The position numbers and the translations under genes were made by a program. Positions 54,331 to 62,098 of a stretch of 64,000 nt of DNA are shown here, one piece after another (position 1 is the stretch's first letter; each line of letters opens with the position of its first letter). This stretch comes from Bauldia sp. (GTDB taxonomy: Bacteria > Pseudomonadota > Alphaproteobacteria > Rhizobiales > Kaistiaceae), in the NCBI GenBank assembly GCA_035651055.1, contig DASRGK010000107.1, positions 2,524-66,523 of the forward strand, read 5' to 3'. Under the pieces are notes generated by a model. That model saw nothing but the letters and a program-made list of their open reading frames with translations. It was not told where the DNA came from and ran no database searches.

Positions 54331-55272
54331 GTGAAATCCAACTTCCTCACCATCAACATCGGGGAGGGCTTTGATGTCCTCAAGGGGCTGGCCTCACCCA
54401 TCCGGATTTCAATTCTCAAGACGCTTCACGAAAAGGGACGGCAGAACGTCAACGAACTGAGCGCCCGCCTTCGCCTGCCGCAATCGACGGTGGCCACCAA
54501 TGTCCAGGTTCTGGAAGAAGCCGGGCTGATCGCCACCGAAACGGTCAAGGCGACCAAGGGCCACCAGAAGATCTGCTCGGCGCGCTACGACGAGATCATC
54601 GTCCGCTTCGAGGGCGAAAAGCCGCAACGGACGCCGAACCTGATCGAGGTGGCCATGCCCCTCGGCCTTTTCACAAACTGCGAAGTGAGCGCCCCCTGCG
54701 GACTCTGCTCGACGGAAGGCATCATCGGGCTGCTCGACGTCCCGGACTCGTTCCTCGATCCGAGCCGGGTCAGCGCCGCGCTCCTCTGGTTCGGCCGCGG
54801 CTATGTCGAGTACAAGTTTCCGAACAACGCGAAGCTCCTCAACAAGCCGGTCGAGTCGGTCGAATTCTCGATGGAGCTGTCGTCGGAAGTTCCGGGCACC
54901 AATCTCAACTGGCCGTCAGACATCACGTTGTGGGTCAACGACATTCCCGTCGGCACCTGGACCTCGCCCGGCGACTACGGTGACCAGCGCGGGGTCTACA
55001 CCCCTGATTGGTGGAAGCTGGAGGGCTCGCAGTACGGCAAACTGAAGACTTGGCGTATCGCCAGGAACGGCACGTTCATTGACGGGGTCCGGATTTCCGA
55101 CGTGAACACCGCCGAGATCGACCTCCCCAATCACAGCTCGATCAGGCTGCGGATCGGCATCGATGAAAAAGCCGAGCACCCAGGTGGAGTCAACATCTTC
55201 GGAAAGGGCTTCGGCAACTACGGTCATGACATCATCATGCGACTGCAGTTGCAGGAGAGCCGCAAGAGATGA
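54331..55272 (+). CDS. ArsR-type winged-helix regulator fused to an uncharacterised ~215-aa C-terminal domain
   Basis: GTG start, 313 aa. The N-terminus LKGLASPIRISILKTLHEKGRQNVNELSARLRLPQSTVATNVQVLEEAGLI is an ArsR/SmtB-type wHTH. The remainder (LWFGRGYVEYKFPN...ITLWVNDIPVGTWTSPGDYGDQRGVYTPDWWKLEGSQYG...) looks beta-rich and matches no family I can name. Confidence 0.7.
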   Translation: MKSNFLTINIGEGFDVLKGLASPIRISILKTLHEKGRQNVNELSARLRLPQSTVATNVQVLEEAGLIATETVKATKGHQKICSARYDEIIVRFEGEKPQRTPNLIEVAMPLGLFTNCEVSAPCGLCSTEGIIGLLDVPDSFLDPSRVSAALLWFGRGYVEYKFPNNAKLLNKPVESVEFSMELSSEVPGTNLNWPSDITLWVNDIPVGTWTSPGDYGDQRGVYTPDWWKLEGSQYGKLKTWRIARNGTFIDGVRISDVNTAEIDLPNHSSIRLRIGIDEKAEHPGGVNIFGKGFGNYGHDIIMRLQLQESRKR

Positions 55273-55595
55273 GACAGGCTTTCCGCTTCAGACAGATGTG
55301 AGCCGGATCGAGTGGGAGAGGTTCTCCGAAGCCGTTTCTTGCGAAACACGAATCGATGAACCCCGATGCAGGTGTTTTGGCCTTCCGGCCGGACCATCAG
55401 AATAGGGAAACTGGTGTCGCGGACACGGCGCGGCTGTCGATAATGAAGACGCGATCCGCCGCGCCACAGTCGCGCGCCGGCGGCGGGCCGTGAGCGTGGG
55501 CTGACCGCCGGTCAGCCGCCGGGGCCGCGGGCTTGCCCAAGAGCGAGCCTCTGCGGCTCTCAGCCCCGCATCCTTTCAGACAGCACGCATTGACT

Positions 55596-55609
55596 CGGAA
55601 ACGTTTCCG
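55596..55609. promoter_or_regulatory. 14-bp palindrome CGGAAACGTTTCCG (LacI-type operator, distal)
   Basis: Perfect dyad with the central CG typical of LacI-family operators. It lies upstream of the 55695 operon. Confidence 0.55.
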
Positions 55610-55622
55610 GGCGACCTTCCGG

Positions 55623-55638
55623 CCGGAAACGTTTCCGG
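55623..55638. promoter_or_regulatory. 16-bp palindrome CCGGAAACGTTTCCGG (LacI-type operator, proximal)
   Basis: Perfect dyad. Its centre is 28 bp from the distal site, and it ends 56 nt upstream of the GTG at 55695. Confidence 0.55.
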
Positions 55639-55694
55639 GACCTTGGCGATAGGATCGACGCGGGACTAACCCGCGCGGCGCAAGGGAAGGCAGG

Positions 55695-56729
55695 GTGGTC
55701 TTCAAAGCCGTTCTCGCAGGCTGCGGCAGCATGGCGAAGGGCTGGCTGCGCGCGCTTCACGAAGCTCCCGAGTTGACCGGGCGCGTTGAAGTAGTCGGGC
55801 TTGTCGATCTCGACCTCGCAGCGGCCGCGCGTATCCAGCAGGAATTCAACCTCGGGAGCGCCGCGACCGGCGCGGATCTCGAGGAGATGCTCACGACCGC
55901 CCGCCCGGATCTGCTCTTCGATGTCGTGGTGCCCTCTGCCCGCCGCGACGTCGTCCTCACCGGCCTCGGACACCGCTGTCATGTTCTGACGGAAAAGCCG
56001 ATGGCCGCCTCGATCGAGGAAGCGCGCCAGATCGTCGCCGCCGCCCGGTCGGCGGGACGGGTCCATGCGGTCATCCAGAATCGCCGTTTCATCGAGGGCG
56101 TTCGCCGCATCCGCGCCACCGTTGCCAGCGGCGTGCTCGGCGACCTGACGGCCCTGCACGCGGACTTCTTCATCGGTGCACATTTCGGAGGGTTCCGCGA
56201 GCAGATGCAGAACGTGCTGCTCGTCGACATGGCAATTCACACCCTGGACGCCGCCCGCTTCATGGCCGGCCTCGACCCGGTCGCCGTCTATGCACAGGAG
56301 TACAATCCCAGAGGCTCCTGGTACGCGCATGGCGCCGCGGCGAATGCGATCTTCGAATTCTCCGGCGACGTGATCTTCACCTATCGCGGTTCGTGGGCCG
56401 CGGAAGGCGCCAACACGAGCTGGGAGAGCAGCTGGCGTATCATCGGCACCAAGGGAACGCTTCTCTGGGACGGGGCGGACCGGTTCGAGGCGCGGGTCGT
56501 CGCAGGCGACAGCGGCTTTTTCCGGCCGCTCCAAGATGTGGCGGTCGCCCCCGTTCCCGACCCCGCCCAAACGCACGGCCATGCCAGCGTCATCGCCGAG
56601 TTTCTCGCGGCCATCGAGACCGGACGCACGCCGGAGACGGCCGGCGCCGACAATATCAAGAGCCTGGCCATGGTTTTCGCCGCCGTCGAAAGCGCGCGCA
56701 CCCGCCGGCGCGTCCTGATCGCAGCCTAG
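55695..56729 (+). CDS. Gfo/Idh/MocA-family NAD(P)-dependent oxidoreductase
   Basis: The GTG follows AAGGGAAGG. Rossmann N-terminus VFKAVLAGCGSMAKGW... with the block CHVLTEKPMA. 344 aa. Confidence 0.85.
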   Translation: MVFKAVLAGCGSMAKGWLRALHEAPELTGRVEVVGLVDLDLAAAARIQQEFNLGSAATGADLEEMLTTARPDLLFDVVVPSARRDVVLTGLGHRCHVLTEKPMAASIEEARQIVAAARSAGRVHAVIQNRRFIEGVRRIRATVASGVLGDLTALHADFFIGAHFGGFREQMQNVLLVDMAIHTLDAARFMAGLDPVAVYAQEYNPRGSWYAHGAAANAIFEFSGDVIFTYRGSWAAEGANTSWESSWRIIGTKGTLLWDGADRFEARVVAGDSGFFRPLQDVAVAPVPDPAQTHGHASVIAEFLAAIETGRTPETAGADNIKSLAMVFAAVESARTRRRVLIAA

Positions 56730-56740
56730 GAAAAGAAATC

Positions 56741-57637
56741 TTGTCCGATCCCGCCAAGTCGATCCGCATCGGCACCATGATCAAGGCCACCGAGGGCCGT
56801 GCGCCGGAAACCATCACGGCCATCGCCGACCTGGGCTTTGAGAGCTTCGAACCCTTCTTCTGGCAGACGACGGGTGGCCAGAACCTCGCCGAACTCGGCA
56901 AGCGCTGTCGCGACGCGATCGGCAACCGCGACATCACGATCTCGACCATCGGCATGTTCGGCAATCCGCTGGAAGACCGCGAGATGGACCGTGAAACCCT
57001 GCAGGGCTGGAAGGACTGCATCGATAACGCCCATCACTTCGGCGCGGGCTGCGTCGCCGGCTTCACCGGGCGCGTCCGCGGCCGGCCGCTGCCCGAATCC
57101 CTGCCACGCTATCGCGAAGTCTGGTCCGATCTCGCCAAGCGCGCCGCCGACAAGGGTATCCGGATCGCGTTCGAGAACTGCGCGATGGACGGCAACTGGG
57201 CCTCCGGCGACTGGAACATCGCGCACAATCCGGACGCCTGGGAGCTGATGTTCAACGAGACGCCCGACGACAATCTCGGGCTCGAATGGGAGCCCTGCCA
57301 CCAGCTCGTCTATCTGATCGAGCCGCTGCCGCAGATCCGCAAATGGGCCGCCAAAATCTTCCACGTCCACGGCAAGGACGCGACCGTTCGGTGGGAGGTC
57401 ATTCGCGAGCACGGCATCTTCGGCAAGGAGAAGTTCGTGTTCATGCGCACGCCCGGTTTCGGCGACAGCAACTGGGTCGACATCATCTCGGAACTGCGGC
57501 TCGCCGGCTGGACCGGCTCTATCGACATCGAAGGCTGGCACGACCCTGTCTATCGCAACGAACTCGAAATGACCGGGCAGGTGCGGGCGCTCAATTTTCT
57601 GAAGGATTGCCGGGGCGGGGATTTCGTCCCGGCTTAG
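56741..57637 (+). CDS. Sugar phosphate isomerase/epimerase (xylose-isomerase-like TIM barrel)
   Basis: The TTG at 56741 follows AGGAAAAG. An alternative ATG lies at 56777. Blocks IRIAFENCAM, LGLEWEPCH, HVHGKD and SIDIEGWHD are typical of the AP-endonuclease-2/xylose-isomerase-like fold. Confidence 0.75.
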   Translation: MSDPAKSIRIGTMIKATEGRAPETITAIADLGFESFEPFFWQTTGGQNLAELGKRCRDAIGNRDITISTIGMFGNPLEDREMDRETLQGWKDCIDNAHHFGAGCVAGFTGRVRGRPLPESLPRYREVWSDLAKRAADKGIRIAFENCAMDGNWASGDWNIAHNPDAWELMFNETPDDNLGLEWEPCHQLVYLIEPLPQIRKWAAKIFHVHGKDATVRWEVIREHGIFGKEKFVFMRTPGFGDSNWVDIISELRLAGWTGSIDIEGWHDPVYRNELEMTGQVRALNFLKDCRGGDFVPA

Positions 57638-57705
57638 GTCGTGGGCGGCGTCGCCGTCCACAGGAAACGCCGCCCCAGCGCGGGCGGTTCATAGGGGAGG
57701 AGATC

Positions 57706-58701
57706 ATGACGCTCAGCAGACGAATCTTTCTATCTACCGTCGCGCTGCTTGCGATGGCCGCGAGCGGAGCGGCCCAGGCCGAGACGCTTCGCGACAAGTG
57801 GTGCTCGAACGTCCATCTCCGGTTCTTTGCCGGGGGCGCCGAGGGCGACGCGTTCGCATCGATCGTCTATAACGGTGCCGTACAGGCCGCCAAGGATACC
57901 GGTGCGCAGGTGGATTACGTCTTCTCCGGCTGGAAGGCCGAGACGATGGTCCAGCAGCTTCGCGAAGCGGTCGCGGCCAAGCCCGACGGCATCGCCATGA
58001 TGGGCCACCCCGGCGAAGCGGCGATCATGCCGCTGGCAGAGGCGGCGTCGAAGGCCGGCATCAAGATGATGTACCAGAACGTTCCGCTTCCCGGCGTTGT
58101 CGCCAAGTTCGGCGGCGGCTACGTGGGTGCGCAGCAGGGGCCGCAGGGCAAGGCGCTCGGCGAAGAGGCCATCCGCCGCTTCGGCCTCAAGTCCGGCGAC
58201 GAGGTGATCGTTTTCGGTCCCTTCGACCAGCAGCCTGAGCGTTACGTCCGCGAGGGCGCAACCGCTGACGCGCTGGAAGCCGCCGGCCTAAAGGTCACCC
58301 GCATGCCGTCGCCGACGGAGTGGGCGGCCGACCCGAACCTGGCCATTCCGGTGATCACGGCAGCGCTGACCAGCGCGCCGAACACGAAGGCGATCGTCTA
58401 TCCGGGCGGGCAGCTCCTCGGCAACGTGCCGGCCTACATGAAGGCCGCCGGCAAGAAGCCGGGCGAAATTATCCAGATCGGCTTCGACACCAGCCCGCAG
58501 ATCGTCGAAGGATTCAAGGACGGCTGGGTCCAGTTGACTGCCGACCAGCAGCCCTTCCTGCAGGGCTACATGCCGATCCTCAGCCTCTGCCAGCAGGTGG
58601 TCTACGGCCTCGCGCCCATCAACGTGGATACGGGCGCAGGCTTCGTCACTCCGGACAACTACAAGGCAGTTGCCGACTTAGCCAAGGAAGGCCTGCGCTA
58701 G
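57706..58701 (+). CDS. Periplasmic sugar-binding protein, CUT2 type
   Basis: The ATG follows GGGGAGGAG. The signal peptide is MTLSRRIFLSTVALLAMAASGAAQA. 331 aa. Confidence 0.85.
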   Translation: MTLSRRIFLSTVALLAMAASGAAQAETLRDKWCSNVHLRFFAGGAEGDAFASIVYNGAVQAAKDTGAQVDYVFSGWKAETMVQQLREAVAAKPDGIAMMGHPGEAAIMPLAEAASKAGIKMMYQNVPLPGVVAKFGGGYVGAQQGPQGKALGEEAIRRFGLKSGDEVIVFGPFDQQPERYVREGATADALEAAGLKVTRMPSPTEWAADPNLAIPVITAALTSAPNTKAIVYPGGQLLGNVPAYMKAAGKKPGEIIQIGFDTSPQIVEGFKDGWVQLTADQQPFLQGYMPILSLCQQVVYGLAPINVDTGAGFVTPDNYKAVADLAKEGLR

Positions 58702-58710
58702 CAACAGCAG

Positions 58711-58738
58711 GGCGCCGCTTGCCTCGGCGAGCGGCGCC
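58711..58738 (+). terminator. GC-rich hairpin after the binding-protein gene
   Basis: GGCGCCGCT-N10-AGCGGCGCC, a 9-bp perfect stem 9 nt after the stop. Confidence 0.45.
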
Positions 58739-58758
58739 TCTCCCCAACGGGTCGCGTC

Positions 58759-59532
58759 ATGGCGAAACACATCATCGAACTGAAGAACATCACCAAGTCC
58801 TTCGGCAGCGTCTATGCGCTCGGTGGGGTGAGCCTGCACGTCGACCCGGGTGAAGTCGTCGGACTGATCGGAGACAACGGAGCCGGCAAGTCGACGCTCA
58901 TCAAGATACTCGCCGGCGTGATCAAGCCGACATCCGGCGAGATTTTCGTCAATGGCGAAGCGGTCACCCAATGGAGTCCGGCGCGCTCGCGCGCCGCCGG
59001 GATCGAGACCGTCTTCCAGGATCGCGCGCTGGCCCCGCAGCAATCGATCGTCCGCAACATCTTCATGGGCCGCGAACTCGCCGGGCGGTTCGGCTGGCTT
59101 CACCTCAAGAAGGAGGTCGCCGATGCCGAGCGCCTGATGCGCGAGATCGGCTTCACCTCGAAGGTCTTCTCGCCGAGTTCCATCGTCGGCCAGCTTTCAG
59201 GCGGCGAGCGGCAGGGCGTCGCCATTGCGCGCGCGATCCTGAAGCAGGCCAATCTGATCGTGCTTGATGAACCAACGACGGCGTTGTCGCTGACCGAGAC
59301 CGCCAAGGTGTTCCACTTCGTCCGGCAGGTGCGGGCATCGGGCCGGTCTATCGTCTTCATCGGTCACAACATCCATCACGTCTACGACATTGCCGAGCGT
59401 TTCGTAGTGATCGATCGCGGTCGGGTGGCGATGGAGAAGGCGAAATCCGAGGTCGGTTCGGCACAGGAGCTGATCGAGTTCATGGAAGACGTGGCCAGGC
59501 CGCAGAAGGCGGCCGTGGGAGAAACCGTCTGA
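58759..59532 (+). CDS. ABC sugar transporter ATP-binding protein, single NBD
   Basis: 257 aa: GDNGAGKST, LSGGERQ, IVLDEPTTAL. Confidence 0.9.
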   Translation: MAKHIIELKNITKSFGSVYALGGVSLHVDPGEVVGLIGDNGAGKSTLIKILAGVIKPTSGEIFVNGEAVTQWSPARSRAAGIETVFQDRALAPQQSIVRNIFMGRELAGRFGWLHLKKEVADAERLMREIGFTSKVFSPSSIVGQLSGGERQGVAIARAILKQANLIVLDEPTTALSLTETAKVFHFVRQVRASGRSIVFIGHNIHHVYDIAERFVVIDRGRVAMEKAKSEVGSAQELIEFMEDVARPQKAAVGETV

Positions 59533-60548
59533 TGTCGGACATTGCGAAGTCGAACGCTCCGGCGCTGGCGGGACTGCATCCCGCGGAACGGCCAATTCGG
59601 AAATTCCTCATCGCCAATCGCGCTGCCCTCGGTTCGCTGGCCGTCTTCGTCGCGATGATCCTCATTTTCTTCGTCGCCAATCCGCGGGTGTTTTCGAATT
59701 GGGGCCTCTACGCAGCGGTTCTGACCACCCTGCCCGTGGCCCTGTTCATGACCGCGCCGCAGGTCTTCGTGGTCACTTCAGGCGAGATCGACCTCTCCTT
59801 CCCGGCGACGATGGGCTTTTCCTCCCTCGTCTTCGCCTACGTCGTATCCGCCGGCTACGACCCCTTCATCGCGATAGCCGCAGCGCTGGTTGTCGGCGCT
59901 GCCGTCGGCTTCAGCGTCGGCACCCTCGTCGTCTATGGAGGTCTCTCTTCCCTGGTCGCGACGCTCGGCGTGAACTTCATGCTTCGCGGGATTATCCTCA
60001 TCATCACTAACTCAAAATCGATTGCCATTCCCCAACTGGCCGACAGCGCCGCCTTCAACCTGTTCTCGAGCGATGTGTTCGGCATCCCAGTGCAGATCTT
60101 CTGGTCCCTCCTCTTCGTTGGGTTTTGCGCGATGCTCTACACGCGTCATCGTTTTGGCGCGCATGTGCACCTGGTCGGCGACAACCCGGACAGCGCCAAC
60201 GAAATGGGCGTCAACGTGAACTGGACCCGCGCCAAGGTTTTCGGGTTCATGGGAATCGGTGCCGCGCTTGCGGGCATATTCTCGACGATGATCAACTTCA
60301 CGTGGTGGCCGACATCCGGCGATGGCTACCTGCTTCCGGTCATCGCGTCCGTGTTCGTCGGAGGAACGCCGCCGTGGGGAGGCATCGGCACGGTACTGGG
60401 CGGCGCCATCGGCGCGCTGACGGTGTCGTTCATCCAGACGGGCGTCGTCGGCGTCGGCCTCTCCGGCTTCTACGTGCAATTCTTCTACGGTTTGATCATC
60501 ATCCTCTCGCTGCTCGGCCACCGCTTCAACCAGACCCGTTACCGGTAG
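59532..60548 (+). CDS. ABC sugar permease (ribose-type)
   Basis: 338 aa. The start overlaps the ATPase stop. Polytopic, with the block SGEIDLSFPATMGF. Confidence 0.85.
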   Translation: MSDIAKSNAPALAGLHPAERPIRKFLIANRAALGSLAVFVAMILIFFVANPRVFSNWGLYAAVLTTLPVALFMTAPQVFVVTSGEIDLSFPATMGFSSLVFAYVVSAGYDPFIAIAAALVVGAAVGFSVGTLVVYGGLSSLVATLGVNFMLRGIILIITNSKSIAIPQLADSAAFNLFSSDVFGIPVQIFWSLLFVGFCAMLYTRHRFGAHVHLVGDNPDSANEMGVNVNWTRAKVFGFMGIGAALAGIFSTMINFTWWPTSGDGYLLPVIASVFVGGTPPWGGIGTVLGGAIGALTVSFIQTGVVGVGLSGFYVQFFYGLIIILSLLGHRFNQTRYR

Positions 60549-60597
60549 GGCGCCTGCGCCGGCCTCTCGGTGAGAAGCGCTCGGTGCACCCAGCGAG

Positions 60598-61647
60598 TCA
60601 GCGCGAACCCGGCCGGCAGGCATCGCTTTCGCCCTCTATGAGGCGCGTCGGAAACACCCGCCGGACAATGCCGCCCGGATAGAGGTCGCTGTAGGCGGGC
60701 ATGGTCGCCAGCAGCGCCTCGCCTATGGCTATGCCGAGATCGCGAAGGCTCAGATGGAAATGGGTGAGCCGTGGGCTGAGAAACCGTGTGTTCGGGCTGT
60801 CGCGACCGATTACGGCAATGTCGCGTCCGGGGAGATACCCTGCCTCTTCCAGACCGCGATAAAGACCGGCGGTCATCGCCTCGTTGGACATGGCGATCGC
60901 GGTCGGCCGGATGGGCAGCGATGCGAGCCGTCTCGCGATGGCGTAGCCGCCAGCCTCCGAGGCGGAGGAGCGAAAAACGTATTGACGGTCCAGCGCAAGC
61001 CCGTGTGCGGCCAGCGCCTTCTGCGCGCTGGCCTTGAAGATGTGGGCGAAGTTGACGTGATGCGGTGAGGCAATCGCGATCCGCCGGTGGCCGTTGGCGA
61101 CGAAGCGATCGATCGCTTCCGACGCCATGTCCTCGAAGTCGATATCGATCCAGGAATGACCTGCATCGGTCTCGCTCCGACCGAGGGCGACGAACGGCAG
61201 TTGGCGGTTCGCCAGAAAGGATATCCGGGGATCGTTGCGCCGGGTTCCCGAAATCACCAGGCCATCGACGAAGCCGCGCGATACCATCCGCTTGAGATAT
61301 TCCTCGGGGTTCTCCTGCGAGGGGCAGAGAAGCGCCACCAGGTCCAACTGGTGACGGTTGAGGACCGACTGCAGACCGTCAAAGACGCCCATGAAGAAAG
61401 TATCGCCCTGACCCGTGCTCGAGTGACTGGTCTTGATGACGAAACCGATCGAGCCGGTGACGCCGCGGCGCAGGCTGCGGCCGAAGTGATTTGCGAAATA
61501 GCCGAGCTCTGCCGCGGCCAGCCTGACCCTTTCCCGCGTTTCGATGCTGGCGTCCGGCCGCCCGTTGAGCGCGCGGGAGACCGTGCTGATCGACATGCTG
61601 AGGTGGCGGGCGACGTCTCTGATGCCGACGAGAGGCTTGGCGCGCAT
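60598..61647 (-). CDS. LacI-family transcriptional regulator (LacI-3)
   Basis: 349 aa: MRAKPLVGIRDVARHLSMSISTVSRALNG (HTH) followed by a binding-fold domain. Confidence 0.85.
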   Translation of the reverse strand: MRAKPLVGIRDVARHLSMSISTVSRALNGRPDASIETRERVRLAAAELGYFANHFGRSLRRGVTGSIGFVIKTSHSSTGQGDTFFMGVFDGLQSVLNRHQLDLVALLCPSQENPEEYLKRMVSRGFVDGLVISGTRRNDPRISFLANRQLPFVALGRSETDAGHSWIDIDFEDMASEAIDRFVANGHRRIAIASPHHVNFAHIFKASAQKALAAHGLALDRQYVFRSSASEAGGYAIARRLASLPIRPTAIAMSNEAMTAGLYRGLEEAGYLPGRDIAVIGRDSPNTRFLSPRLTHFHLSLRDLGIAIGEALLATMPAYSDLYPGGIVRRVFPTRLIEGESDACRPGSR

Positions 61648-61966
61648 TGGCTATCGCAAAAATCGCCGGACGAGGACGATTTCAAAGGGTTGTGGGGACA
61701 TGATTGGCCCCGGCCAAGATTCCTTGCTTATAGCCCGGTTGAACGCTTCGACGATAGACGGTTGAGCCGGTCGGGAGGCCGCGCATTATCAAGACCTCGC
61801 TCCGCGAAGGGACTTACGCGCGCGCCTACCGGTCCTCCCTTTAGCGAACCTTGGCCATGGCCCTGGGTCGACGTCTGCAACACGCCATGAGCAGACTCAT
61901 GGCCGAGGCTGAACAACCTTCTTGCAAACAGCACCCGGCGAAAGCGGAGAAAGGTTTGCCGGCAGG

Positions 61967-62042
61967 TGGTGCCGCAAGAGGGACTCGAACCCCCGACCCC
62001 CGCATTACGAATGCGATGCTCTACCGACTGAGCTATTGCGGC
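61967..62042 (-). tRNA. tRNA-Thr (anticodon CGU)
   Basis: The reverse complement folds by hand as GCCGCAA-TA-GCTC-AGTCGGTA-GAGC-A-TCGCA-TTCGTAA-TGCGG-GGGTC-GGGGG-TTCGAGT-CCCTC-TTGCGGC-A-CCA. It is 76 nt with an encoded CCA and anticodon CGT. Confidence 0.9.
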
Positions 62043-62098
62043 GCCGGGGGCGGTTATGGTTCCTCGCCGCGCCGCGGTCAACTGAGGGACGCCAGATT

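Noticed and set aside
55397-55732. 111-aa minus-strand ORF in the 55273-55694 intergenic region
   Set aside because: It has no ribosome-binding site and an Arg/Pro-rich translation, and it spans the twin LacI-type operators. This is more plausibly a regulatory region.
61728-62081. 117-aa ORF on the minus strand
   Set aside because: It is read straight through the tRNA-Thr gene (the translation contains AQSVEHRIRNAGVGGSSP, which is the tRNA sequence translated). It is not a protein gene.
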